From Bacteroidales bacterium (GTDB lineage: Bacteria > Bacteroidota > Bacteroidia > Bacteroidales > WCHB1-69), in contig JAEEQE010000003.1 in the NCBI GenBank assembly GCA_016285145.1, positions 412-64,411 of the forward strand: DNA of 64,000 bases. The letters run 5' to 3'. Within the stretch, counting starts at the first letter, position 1, and every line of letters begins with the position of its first letter. Under the pieces are notes generated by a model. That model saw only the letters and a program-made list of their open reading frames with translations. It did not search any database and was not told the origin of the DNA. Position numbers and translations under genes: made by a program. Shown here in pieces: positions 31,634-40,998 of this stretch.

Positions 31634-34234
31634 TCAAAGCAGTCCTTTGCTGGCCAGCAGGTCGCGCAGCTGGGCCTCGGTCTTCATCAGCACCTCGCGG
31701 GGCTTGCTGCCGTTGGCCTTGCCCACGATGCCGAACTCAGAGAGCTGGTCCATGATACGGCCGGCACGGTTATACCCCAGTTTCATACGACGTTGTATCA
31801 AGGACGTGGATCCCTGTTGCGTCTGCACTACCAGCACGGCGGCATCCACAAACAGCGAATCGATAGCGTCGCCGCCAGCGTCATCATCACCATCATCGAA
31901 ATTGCCGGCATCGCCTGCCGCCGGATCGGGCACGTCAGGCAACTCGTACGGATGCAACAGCGGACTCAGCTCGGACTTCTCCTGAATGTAGTTGGCAATC
32001 TTCTCCACCTCGGGCGTGTCCACGAAGGCGCATTGCAGACGGATGAGGTCGCTGCCCGTGGATATGAGCATGTCGCCCTTGCCGATGAGCTGGTTGGCAC
32101 CCGTGGTGTCGAGAATGGTCTTGGAGTCCACACCCGACTGCACGCGGAAGGCAATACGCGCCGGGAAGTTGGCCTTGATGCTGCCAGTGATGATGTTGAC
32201 CGACGGACGTTGCGTAGCTATGACCAGATGAATGCCGATGGCACGAGCCAGCTGGGCCAAGCGGGCGAGCGGCTGTTCCACCTCGCGCCCCGCGGTCATG
32301 ATCAGATCACCGAACTCATCGATAATCAACACGATATACGGCAGATAACGGTGGCCCATCGCAGGCGAAAGGCCGCGCGAGCAGAATTTGGCATTATACT
32401 CCTTGATGTTGCGCATCCGCGCCATCTTCAGCAGATCATAGCGGTCGTCCATCTCCTTGCAGAGGGAATTGAGCACATGCACCACCTTCTTCACATCGTT
32501 GATGATGGCCTCCTCCTCGTCGGGCAGCTTGGCCAGATAGTAATTCTCTATAGCCGAATAGAGCGTGAACTCCACCTTCTTGGGGTCTATGAGCACGAAC
32601 TTCATCTCCGCCGGATGCTTCGTGTAAAGCAGCGATGTGATGATGGCATTGAGGCCCACTGACTTGCCTTGACCGGTGGCACCGGCCACCAACAGGTGCG
32701 GCATTTTGGCCAGATCCACCACAAACGCCTCGTTGCTGATGGTGCGTCCCAACCCGATAGGCAGTTCATACTTGTTGTTTTGGAATTTGTCAGAAGAGAT
32801 TATCTCCTTCATGGAGACGATGTTAGAGTTCTTATTGGGCACCTCGATGCCGATGGTGCCGCGTCCGGGTATCGGAGCGATGATACGGATGCCCAATGCA
32901 GCGAGGCTCAAGGCAATATCATCCTCCAGATTCTTGATCTTGCTGATACGCACACCCTCATCGGGGATGATTTCGTACAACGTGACCGTAGGTCCGATGG
33001 TGGCGGTGATTTTACGGATAGGGATGCCAAAACTCTTCAATGTGGCCTCGATACGTTTCTTGTTGTCTAACAATTCGCGTTTCATCAGCTCTTCCGTGGC
33101 CTCCTTGGCGGGATAGTCGTTCAGCAGGTCTATAGGCGGGAACTCGTAAGTGGACAATTCCTTGCGCGGGTCATAGGGTTCCAGATTCCGGACTTCCTCC
33201 GCCGTAAGCTCGTGTGGCTCTTCTTCCGGGACTTCCTCAACATCCTCTTCCAAATCATCCTCTGAACCAAACGTTTCATCTTTCACTTCATTGGAAACCA
33301 GTTCAAAAGGCACTTCCACATCTTCCTTCACTGGTGTGAACGGTGAATTGGAATATTCGGTTTTCTCGTCGGTATCCTTCTCCGTTTCAAATTCCACCAC
33401 ATTGGCGCCATGGTACTCTTTGCTGAGGCATCCGTGGTCGGTCACATAGAGATCATCGAGGTCCTCGTGCCGGGTATCCGTCTCTTGCGCGGTGGTCTGT
33501 TTGCGTTGTTTCCAAGTCTTGCGTTCCGCCGGCGGGTTCTGTTTCCGTTCCTCGATGGAGGTCTGGATCCGCCCGAACCATTCGCTCAGTGGTATGTCAT
33601 AACACAAGATAAGAATAATGACAAGCAGCACCGCAACTATGAGGTACGTGACCGCCTTCTGCACTGAAGCGAGCAGGAAGGTGTCCACCAGCGTGCCGAA
33701 ATAGCCGGCCACGAAGGCATAGTCGCCGTCGGGGCGCACGAAGAGGCCGAGGAACATGGATAGCCATGCCATGGTAAGTATCACGTTGATAGTCGTCTTC
33801 AGCAAGTTGACGGGAGATTTGCCCACGGTCAGACGCCAGCCATAGAGGAAGAACAGGAATGCGAAGCCGATGGAGCTGACCCCGAAGAGATCGTTGACGA
33901 AAAAGTAGGCCAGATAGGCCCCCACCGTGCGGGCGATGTTATGCGACGCATCCTGCCCATCTGACAGGACGAAGTGAATGTTGTTGTGCGCATGGAAGTA
34001 GAACGACACGATGGAGACGAAAAGCAGCAGGGCGAAGCACATCAACAGCACACCATAGACCTGAATCATACGCGGGCTTTTCAGCTGCTGGAAAAAGGAG
34101 CTCCCCCCCGACGACTTCGAGCTGCTCTTACGTTTGCCTTTCGGGGTGGACCCTTTGCGGACCTTGGCATGGCGGGTATTGACAGGCTTTGCCGTCTTGG
34201 AGTTTCGGGTGATGACTTGACTGGTAACTTTCAT
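31634..34234 (-). CDS. ftsK: DNA translocase FtsK
   Basis: N-terminal TM helices, an acidic linker, motor domain with Walker A GATGQGKSV, and a C-terminal gamma wHTH domain. Confidence 0.93.
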   Translation of the reverse strand: MKVTSQVITRNSKTAKPVNTRHAKVRKGSTPKGKRKSSSKSSGGSSFFQQLKSPRMIQVYGVLLMCFALLLFVSIVSFYFHAHNNIHFVLSDGQDASHNIARTVGAYLAYFFVNDLFGVSSIGFAFLFFLYGWRLTVGKSPVNLLKTTINVILTMAWLSMFLGLFVRPDGDYAFVAGYFGTLVDTFLLASVQKAVTYLIVAVLLVIILILCYDIPLSEWFGRIQTSIEERKQNPPAERKTWKQRKQTTAQETDTRHEDLDDLYVTDHGCLSKEYHGANVVEFETEKDTDEKTEYSNSPFTPVKEDVEVPFELVSNEVKDETFGSEDDLEEDVEEVPEEEPHELTAEEVRNLEPYDPRKELSTYEFPPIDLLNDYPAKEATEELMKRELLDNKKRIEATLKSFGIPIRKITATIGPTVTLYEIIPDEGVRISKIKNLEDDIALSLAALGIRIIAPIPGRGTIGIEVPNKNSNIVSMKEIISSDKFQNNKYELPIGLGRTISNEAFVVDLAKMPHLLVAGATGQGKSVGLNAIITSLLYTKHPAEMKFVLIDPKKVEFTLYSAIENYYLAKLPDEEEAIINDVKKVVHVLNSLCKEMDDRYDLLKMARMRNIKEYNAKFCSRGLSPAMGHRYLPYIVLIIDEFGDLIMTAGREVEQPLARLAQLARAIGIHLVIATQRPSVNIITGSIKANFPARIAFRVQSGVDSKTILDTTGANQLIGKGDMLISTGSDLIRLQCAFVDTPEVEKIANYIQEKSELSPLLHPYELPDVPDPAAGDAGNFDDGDDDAGGDAIDSLFVDAAVLVVQTQQGSTSLIQRRMKLGYNRAGRIMDQLSEFGIVGKANGSKPREVLMKTEAQLRDLLASKGLL

Positions 34235-34415
34235 TTACACAGGAAAATTTATAAAAGAGAGGAAAATATTCTATTATGATGCAAAATTAGTATAATTTTA
34301 TCTTAGTTATTCCGTTAAGTAATTCGGAATATGAACATATTCATGTTAGAAAAAAACACGTCAGATAGGATTCTATTCGGCTCATTGATATTATTTTTGC
34401 TCAAAATTTTTAGCT

Positions 34416-35114
34416 ATGCGTCATTTATTGTTATTACAGGCCGATTCCGGTGCCATGCCGGTTGTTGCCGAACAGGCCTCCCAAGTGCAGGAGACCTCCT
34501 ATTTCCAACTTGTATTTGCGCTCAACAGCTTATGGATTATGATCCCGCTGTTTCTCATGCTGGGCTTCGCCATCTACCTGTTTGTCAAGAAGCTGATGGT
34601 GCTGAACCGTGCCTCCAAGGAGGAATACAACTTCATGAACAACATCCGCGACTTCATCCACGATGGCAAGCTGGACTCCGCCATGGCGCTTTGCAAGGGC
34701 AACGACAATCCGTCGGCCCGTCTGATCGAGAAGGGTCTCACGCGCATCGGCCGTCCGTTAGACGACGTGCGCACCGCGGTTGAGAACGAAGGCAACATCG
34801 AAGTGGGCCGTTTAGAGAAGGGCGTGTCCGCGCTGGCCACCATCGCCGCCATCGCTCCGATGCTCGGCTTCTTAGGCACCGTCGTGGGTATGGTCTCCGC
34901 CTTCCACAACATGGCCGCCGACCCGAACAACTTCAACATCGGCACCTTGTCGTCCGGCATCTATACCGCCATGATCACCACTGTGGCCGGTCTTATCGTC
35001 GGCGTCATCGCCCTGGTGTTCCATAACATGATCGTTTCCAAGATCTCCAACGTGGTCTATATGCTGGAGGTCCGCACCACCGAATTCATGGACCTGCTCC
35101 ACGAAAACGTCTAA
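34416..35114 (+). CDS. exbB: MotA/TolQ/ExbB proton-channel protein
   Basis: Three TM helices with conserved ...APMLGFLGTVVGM... A TATTTTTG box lies at 34392-34399. Confidence 0.85.
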   Translation: MRHLLLLQADSGAMPVVAEQASQVQETSYFQLVFALNSLWIMIPLFLMLGFAIYLFVKKLMVLNRASKEEYNFMNNIRDFIHDGKLDSAMALCKGNDNPSARLIEKGLTRIGRPLDDVRTAVENEGNIEVGRLEKGVSALATIAAIAPMLGFLGTVVGMVSAFHNMAADPNNFNIGTLSSGIYTAMITTVAGLIVGVIALVFHNMIVSKISNVVYMLEVRTTEFMDLLHENV

Positions 35115-35126
35115 AAAAGCTCCGCC

Positions 35127-35567
35127 ATGGCTATCAAGATGCAAAACAAAATCGATACGACGTTCAGCGCCACGTCCATGTCAGACTTGGTGTTCCTGTT
35201 GTTGATTTTCTTCATGCTCACCTCCACGATGGTCTCCCCGAACGCCATCAATTTGGTGCTCCCGAAAAGCAACACAGACAAGCAGCTCGTATCCAAGAAC
35301 ATAGAGGTCTATATCAACGAAGACCTCCTCTACTTTGTCAATCCGGAAGGTTCCAAAGCGCAGCCCATCCCGTTCGAGGAGTTGCTGCCAGCCCTTCAGG
35401 ATGCCGCCGCCAAGGACAACTCCGACATGAAATCCATCGTGTTGCGCGCCGACAAGAGCGTGCCCGTGGAGAATGTGGTCGCCCTCATGGACGTGCTCAA
35501 CGAAATGAACGAAGCCTACCCGGAAGGGGAACGCTATAAAATGGTTTTAGCCACCGAAGGGAAATGA
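35127..35567 (+). CDS. exbD: Biopolymer transport protein ExbD/TolR
   Basis: N-terminal ...MSDLVFLLLIFFMLTST motif and size. Confidence 0.85.
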   Translation: MAIKMQNKIDTTFSATSMSDLVFLLLIFFMLTSTMVSPNAINLVLPKSNTDKQLVSKNIEVYINEDLLYFVNPEGSKAQPIPFEELLPALQDAAAKDNSDMKSIVLRADKSVPVENVVALMDVLNEMNEAYPEGERYKMVLATEGK

Positions 35568-36259
35568 GAGAATCGAACGAGAATAGAAAAGACACTATCG
35601 TATCCTGGGGAACGACGGTCGGCACCATGGCACTCATCATTGTGTTGCTGCTTGCCTTCGGCCTGAAGTCCCAGATTCCACCTCCACCGCCCAAGAAGAC
35701 CTTCTACGTAGAACTGGAAGCTCCGACGGGTGGTGGCGGCGGCGGTGGCATGGACGCTCCATCCCCCACTCATTCCCGTCAGCCTTCAGCACCCAACTAC
35801 GCCACCCAGAACGCACAGGACGCGCCCTCCGTGGCACACTCCACCAAGACATCCACCACCCCGCAGCCTACACAACCCAAAGTGGACCAGACGGCCATCT
35901 TCAAAGGCGGCAAGGGTGGTAGTGGAAGCGGCGGCGGCCAAGGTTCCGGCATCGGCACGGGCACAGGCTCCGGCCTCGGTCCCGGCGAAGGCGGTGGCTC
36001 GGGCGGCGGCATCGGCTACGGCACGGGCGCAAGAGGCATGGTGAACAACATTAATACAACTGTTTCTGAAGAGGGACAGGTAAGTGTGGAAGTTCATGTG
36101 ATGGCCGACGGCACCGTCAGTGAAGCCCGCGTGGTGAACACATCGAAAAACAAAACCACTATCACCAATCGCCTCATTCAACAGCAATGTGTGCAAGAAG
36201 CAAAACGAGCTCACTACAAACCCGGGAAAGAGGAATTACGAATTATTTTATTCCATTAA
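35564..36259 (+). CDS. tonB: TonB-family energy transducer with Pro-rich and unusually long Gly-rich linker
   Basis: TM anchor, PPPPPKK, G-rich run GGKGGSGSGGGQGSGIGTGTGSGLGPGEGGGSGGGIG and a C-terminal TonB-like domain. Overlaps the exbD stop. Confidence 0.7.
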   Translation: MRESNENRKDTIVSWGTTVGTMALIIVLLLAFGLKSQIPPPPPKKTFYVELEAPTGGGGGGGMDAPSPTHSRQPSAPNYATQNAQDAPSVAHSTKTSTTPQPTQPKVDQTAIFKGGKGGSGSGGGQGSGIGTGTGSGLGPGEGGGSGGGIGYGTGARGMVNNINTTVSEEGQVSVEVHVMADGTVSEARVVNTSKNKTTITNRLIQQQCVQEAKRAHYKPGKEELRIILFH

Positions 36260-36263
36260 TAAA

Positions 36264-36288
36264 CGCGAAGGGCGTGAAGGACGCAAAG
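36264..36288. repeat. Left arm of 25-bp inverted repeat (CGCGAAGGGCGTGAAGGACGCAAAG)
   Basis: Its reverse complement matches 36786-36810 at 24/25 positions. Confidence 0.95.
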
Positions 36289-36302
36289 TGTTCGCAAAGT
36301 CT

Positions 36303-36680
36303 TTATAATCCATTCACAATCCGCTTGATTCCCTGCTTCATCAATTCCACATTGAAGTTCATCAACAATCCTAACTTATAACCTCCCAGTCGAAGATATG
36401 TCAACGTTTGCGCCATGTGAATACCTGCCAAAGCAGCCACGCTTTTTGTTTCAATCACCACTTTCTGATCAACTAATAAATCAATTCGAAAGGCGTGCTC
36501 AATAACGATATCGTAATATATTATAGGTAAATATTTTTCCTTCTCCACCCGCAAGTCTCGAGATAGTAACTCATAAAACATACATTCTTGGTATGTCTTC
36601 TCCAATAATCCCGGCCCCAGATATTTATGTACTTTCACCGCCGCATCCACAATAATCCGCGCCAATTCATTCTCACTCAT
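36303..36680 (-). CDS. GxxExxY protein (PD-(D/E)XK nuclease-like small protein)
   Basis: 125 aa with GPGLLEKTYQECMFYEL (the GxxExxY motif) and ...RIDLLVDQKVVIETKSV... ATG at 36680. Confidence 0.85.
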   Translation of the reverse strand: MSENELARIIVDAAVKVHKYLGPGLLEKTYQECMFYELLSRDLRVEKEKYLPIIYYDIVIEHAFRIDLLVDQKVVIETKSVAALAGIHMAQTLTYLRLGGYKLGLLMNFNVELMKQGIKRIVNGL

Positions 36681-36785
36681 AACCAACCATTTTTAACATA
36701 ACACTATATGTAAAACATTAATATCATTAAATTATTGCATCAAAAACAATAAAAAAATTAAAAAAAAATATTAATCCCAATAATT

Positions 36786-36810
36786 CTTTGCGTCCTTCGC
36801 GCCCTTCGCG
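36786..36810. repeat. Right arm of 25-bp inverted repeat (CTTTGCGTCCTTCGCGCCCTTCGCG)
   Basis: Pairs with 36264-36288 with a single mismatch. Ends 5 nt before the folC ATG. Confidence 0.95.
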
Positions 36811-36814
36811 TATT

Positions 36815-38101
36815 ATGTATAATTCCCTTCTCGAAGAAATATTCCACGCCTACCCGATGTACCACAAAGTGGGCACATCCGCCTACAAGGAAGGCCTTGA
36901 AAACATCGAAGCCTTGCTGCAAATCGTGGGCAATCCCGAAAAAAAACTCAAAGCCATCCATATCGCCGGCACCAACGGCAAAGGCTCCGTGGCTCACCTC
37001 TCCGCCTCCTACTGTCAGGAACGCGGGCTGAAGACCGGCCTCTTCACCTCCCCGCACTTGGTGGACTTCCGCGAACGCATCCGCATAAACGGCGAGATGA
37101 TCCCCGAAGAGATGGTGCTCGAATTCTTCCAGAAATTCAAACCCTCCTTCAACAAACTCGAGCCCTCTTTCTTTGAGATGACTACTGCTTTGGCGTTCTG
37201 GTATTTCGCCGAGCAGCATGTGGATGTCGCCGTGGTGGAAGTGGGTCTCGGCGGGCGGCTTGACGCCACCAACGTACTCTCCCCCATCCTCTCCGTCATC
37301 ACCAACATCACTCTGGAACACACCAACTTGTTAGGCGACACCATCGCCAAAATAGCCTTCGAAAAGGCCGGAATCATCAAAAAGGACACACCCGTGGTCG
37401 TGGGCGAATTCCATCCGGAAAGCTATCCCGTCTTCACCGACATAGCCAACCAGAAGAATGCGCCGCTCTTCTTAGCGGAAAACAATTTCACCATTGAAGG
37501 ACCATTATCCGACTGCCGAATCCTCGATGTGGAGGGTCAATTACTATATGAACACGTAAACATGCCTCTTGAAGGAGAATACCAGCGCAAGAATCTCGTC
37601 ACATTTCTGCAGACGGCGGAACTGCTCCAGCAGATCATGCCGCACGACAAAGATGTCACCGTGCGTGCCATCGAACGCGTGGCCGCCAACACGGGGTTCT
37701 GCGGACGCTGGCAAGTGCTGCGCCGCGAGCCACTCACCATCTGCGACGTGGGACACAATCTCGGCGGGTTGAGCCTCACTATGAAGCAATTGGCCGACAT
37801 GCCCTGCCGACAACTACGTATGGTGTTCGGCATGGCCGCCGACAAGGACCTTGACCATATTCTGCCACTATTGCCCTCAAAAGCAAAATATTACGTTTGC
37901 CAAGCGCCTACCAACCGAGCCATTGTCGCGGAGGAGCTAACCACCCGCCTGACGGCTCTCGGGTTGTCGTGCACTACCATTCCCGATGTATATGAGGCAT
38001 TTAAAAAAGCCAACAGCGACGCCGCACCCGACGACCTCATCTTCATCGGTGGCAGCTGTTTCGTAGTGGGCGAACTATTAACACACATCCATAACTCTTA
38101 A
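36815..38101 (+). CDS. folC: Bifunctional folylpolyglutamate synthase / dihydrofolate synthase
   Basis: GTNGKGS P-loop and Mur-ligase-like layout. The ATG at 36815 gives MYNSLLEEIFHAYPMYHKVG; the track start lies inside the inverted repeat. Confidence 0.88.
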   Translation: MYNSLLEEIFHAYPMYHKVGTSAYKEGLENIEALLQIVGNPEKKLKAIHIAGTNGKGSVAHLSASYCQERGLKTGLFTSPHLVDFRERIRINGEMIPEEMVLEFFQKFKPSFNKLEPSFFEMTTALAFWYFAEQHVDVAVVEVGLGGRLDATNVLSPILSVITNITLEHTNLLGDTIAKIAFEKAGIIKKDTPVVVGEFHPESYPVFTDIANQKNAPLFLAENNFTIEGPLSDCRILDVEGQLLYEHVNMPLEGEYQRKNLVTFLQTAELLQQIMPHDKDVTVRAIERVAANTGFCGRWQVLRREPLTICDVGHNLGGLSLTMKQLADMPCRQLRMVFGMAADKDLDHILPLLPSKAKYYVCQAPTNRAIVAEELTTRLTALGLSCTTIPDVYEAFKKANSDAAPDDLIFIGGSCFVVGELLTHIHNS

Positions 38102-38126
38102 CTTCCCACCCATATTGCGATAAAAA

Positions 38127-38154
38127 AAGAGGACAACCACTCGGCTGTCCTCTT
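38127..38154. terminator. Bidirectional intrinsic terminator between folC and gdhA
   Basis: Stem AAGAGGACA / TGTCCTCTT with a 10-nt loop, an A-run on the 5' side and a T-run on the 3' side. Confidence 0.7.
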
Positions 38155-38177
38155 CATTTTTGGGACTAATCTGTCGA

Positions 38178-39521
38178 TTAGATGATGCCTTGAGCTAACA
38201 TAGCTTTTGCAACACGCATGAAACCGGCGATGTTGGCACCTTTCACATAGTTGATGGTACCATCAGCCTCACGACCGTGCTCAACGCACATGTCGTAAAT
38301 GTCGTTCATGATCTTGTGCAGTTTAGCGTCAACCTCAGGAGCCGTCCAGTTAATGTGGCCGGCGTTCTGGCAGATCTCAAGACCGGAGGTAGCAACACCA
38401 CCAGCGTTGACAGCCTTACCAGGTCCGAACGGAACCTTAGCAGCCTGGAAAGCAGCGATAGCGCCGGGTTGGCAACCCATGTTGGAGACCTCAGCAACGT
38501 ATTTCACGCCGTTGGCGAGGAGTTCCTTAGCGTCTTCTTCGCTCAACTCATTCTGGAAAGCGCACGGGCAAGCGATGTCGCACTTCACGCTCCAAGCTTT
38601 CTTACCGGCCGTGAATTTGGCTTTGCCAGGGAATTTGTCAGCCATGTCTTGAACTTTGTTGCGGTTGGAAGCACGCATGTCAAGCATGTAGTTGATCATT
38701 TCTTGGTCGATGCCATCAGGAAGTTCGCACACGCCGTCGGGACCGGAGATAGCCACAACCTTAGCGCCGAGTTCGGTAGCCTTGGTAGCAGCACCCCAAG
38801 CCACGTTACCGAAGCCGGAGAGGGCGATGCGTTTGCCTTCCATCTTGTCGTTCTGTTGTTTCACCATGCGCTCCACATAGTAGATAGCGCCAAAACCGGT
38901 AGCTTCCGGACGGATGAGGGAACCACCCCAGCCATAGCTCTTGCCGGTGAGGGCACCGGTGGAATGCTCGCGGGCCAGTTTCTTGTAAGCACCATAGAGG
39001 TAGCCGATCTCACGACCGCCAACACCCACGTCGCCAGCAGGGCTGTCCTGATCCGGACCGATGTTGCGCCACAATTCATACATGAAGGCCTGGCAGAAAC
39101 GCATGATTTCAGCGTCGCTCTTGCCAACGGGATCGAAATCGGAACCACCCTTGCCACCGCCGAGAGGCAGATTGGTCAGAGAGTTTTTGAAGATCTGTTC
39201 GAAACCTAAGAACTTCAACATGGAGACGTTAACAGCCTTGTGGAAACGGAGACCGCCCTTGTATGCGCCGAGAGCAGCGTTGAATTGGACGCGGTAGCCG
39301 AGGTTCGTGCAAACCTCACCCTTGTCGTTGACCCAAGTCACGCGGAAAGTGAAGATACGGTCGGGTTCGACGATGCGCTCCACGATCTTGGCAGCCTCGA
39401 ATTCGGGGTGCTTGTTGTATTCTTCCTCAATGGTTTCCAGGACTTCGCGAACGGCCTGCAAATACTCATTCTCACCAGGATGTTTGGCCTCCAGGTTGGC
39501 CATGATTTCATTTACTTTCAT
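38178..39521 (-). CDS. gdhA: NADP-specific glutamate dehydrogenase
   Basis: GGGKGGSDFDP active-site motif and full-length GdhA similarity. Confidence 0.93.
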   Translation of the reverse strand: MKVNEIMANLEAKHPGENEYLQAVREVLETIEEEYNKHPEFEAAKIVERIVEPDRIFTFRVTWVNDKGEVCTNLGYRVQFNAALGAYKGGLRFHKAVNVSMLKFLGFEQIFKNSLTNLPLGGGKGGSDFDPVGKSDAEIMRFCQAFMYELWRNIGPDQDSPAGDVGVGGREIGYLYGAYKKLAREHSTGALTGKSYGWGGSLIRPEATGFGAIYYVERMVKQQNDKMEGKRIALSGFGNVAWGAATKATELGAKVVAISGPDGVCELPDGIDQEMINYMLDMRASNRNKVQDMADKFPGKAKFTAGKKAWSVKCDIACPCAFQNELSEEDAKELLANGVKYVAEVSNMGCQPGAIAAFQAAKVPFGPGKAVNAGGVATSGLEICQNAGHINWTAPEVDAKLHKIMNDIYDMCVEHGREADGTINYVKGANIAGFMRVAKAMLAQGII

Positions 39522-39583
39522 ATTTATTGAAATTTAAAATTTAGGTTAGTTGTAAAAACTATTTTCGCTTTTGAAAGCGGGTG

Positions 39584-39591
39584 CAAAGGTA
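39584..39591 (-). promoter_or_regulatory. -7 promoter box TACCTTTG for gdhA
   Basis: Lies 63 nt upstream of the gdhA ATG on the minus strand. Confidence 0.5.
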
Positions 39592-39703
39592 TAAAATTTA
39601 TTGATATCCGCAACGGGGAAAAAATAATGTTTTTGAGAATAACAAACATAATCATTTCCCTACTGAAAAAGCCACCCTCGTAAAGAAGATCTCATCAATT
39701 GTG

Positions 39704-39822
39704 CAACCCCTGACGGGGTTGTGGAGGACACGATGCGCATCCCGTTGCTACAGATATGAATCCCCTAACGGGGATGGTGGCGGGCACGTTCCGTCATACC
39801 CATTGAGCCCCATCAGGGGTTC
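39704..39822. repeat. Three related CCCC-N4-GGGG stem-loops (REP-like)
   Basis: CAACCCC-TGAC-GGGGTTG at 39704-39721, ATCCCC-TAAC-GGGGAT at 39760-39775 and GAGCCCC-ATCA-GGGGTTC at 39805-39822. Confidence 0.75.
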
Positions 39823-39930
39823 CATCTTTCCATTCATTCGTCAAGCCGAAAAAATTTAGACTTAGAATGTCCCTTGGGGTAATGATTTTTTCTTCAGGTG
39901 ATTGTGATACTGCTGTGCGTTTTTTTATTG

Positions 39931-39938
39931 TACATTTG
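39931..39938 (+). promoter_or_regulatory. -7 promoter box TACATTTG
   Basis: Lies 56 nt upstream of the ATG at 39994. Confidence 0.5.
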
Positions 39939-39993
39939 CACCCTCGTTCAGACGAGCCGTTTTTGATTGTAACAGATTAAAAATAAATACTAT

Positions 39994-40938
39994 ATGAATA
40001 ATATACTTTCTATTTTAAAGACAAAAAAGTTCTGGATTGAACTCCTTATCATGACCATCGGGATGATGATTACGGCCTGCGCGGTCTATTATTTTCTGGT
40101 GCCCAGCAAACTGATTATCGGCACCATCTCCGGTCTCTCCATCGTGGTGAGCGGCGTGTCGGAAAGCCTCTTCGGGGTAGCCCTGCCGGTTTCCACAGTC
40201 ATCCTGGTCATCAACGCCATCCTGCTTGTGCTGGCCTACTTCCTGATAGGCAAGGAGTTCGGTGCCAAGACAGTCTATACAGCCCTGATTCTCGGCCCGA
40301 TGATGCGCGTGCTGGAAACCTATTTTCCCTACGAGAATTTCATCCGCACCGACGGGGCCATCCCTTCCATTATGGGCGACATCTGGTTCGACCTGGTCTG
40401 CTTTGTGCTGCTGCTGAGCGCGGCCCAATCAGTCCTCTTCAAGATCAACGCCTCCACGGGTGGCCTTGACATCCTGGCCAAGATTGTGAACAAGTACCTG
40501 CATTTCGACATCGGCGCTTCCGTGTCCGTGGCTGGCGCCATCATCTGCTGCACGGCCTTCGCCATCAACCCCTTCTATATGGTAGTCATCGGCCTCATCG
40601 GCACCTGGATCAACGGCCTGGTAGTGGACTATTTCACGGCTGGTCTCAACAACAAGAAGCGTGTCTGCATTGTCTCCAAAGACTATGACCGCATTCGCCG
40701 CTACATCATCGATGAATTGGTGCGGGGCTGTACTCTGTACGAGGTCATTGGCGGTTACACCAACGAGCCCAGCATCGAGTTGGAAAGTCTGCTCACCAAA
40801 GACGAGTTCACCCAGCTGATGGCCTACATCAACAAGAACAACATCAACGCGTTCATCACCGCCGGCAATGTGAGTGAGGTGTACGGATTCTGGATCAAGG
40901 ACAAGAAAAAACTCAAGAAGCACGTGGACCAACGATAG
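39994..40938 (+). CDS. YitT family membrane protein (DUF2179 C-terminal domain)
   Basis: Five or six TM helices followed by a soluble C-terminal domain. The N-terminus is typical of the YitT family. Confidence 0.7.
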   Translation: MNNILSILKTKKFWIELLIMTIGMMITACAVYYFLVPSKLIIGTISGLSIVVSGVSESLFGVALPVSTVILVINAILLVLAYFLIGKEFGAKTVYTALILGPMMRVLETYFPYENFIRTDGAIPSIMGDIWFDLVCFVLLLSAAQSVLFKINASTGGLDILAKIVNKYLHFDIGASVSVAGAIICCTAFAINPFYMVVIGLIGTWINGLVVDYFTAGLNNKKRVCIVSKDYDRIRRYIIDELVRGCTLYEVIGGYTNEPSIELESLLTKDEFTQLMAYINKNNINAFITAGNVSEVYGFWIKDKKKLKKHVDQR

Positions 40939-40998
40939 TTTCCCCTCTCTTTCCTCATTGTACTACAACTCATTTCATACAGTTCTCTGAGAAGACCA

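Noticed and set aside
35700-36010. The Gly-rich/Pro-rich tract of TonB and overlapping ORFs on both strands might be a separate gene or repeat element
   Set aside because: It is in frame within a TonB-like protein that has an N-terminal anchor and a C-terminal domain. The overlapping ORFs are compositional artefacts of the GC-rich tract.
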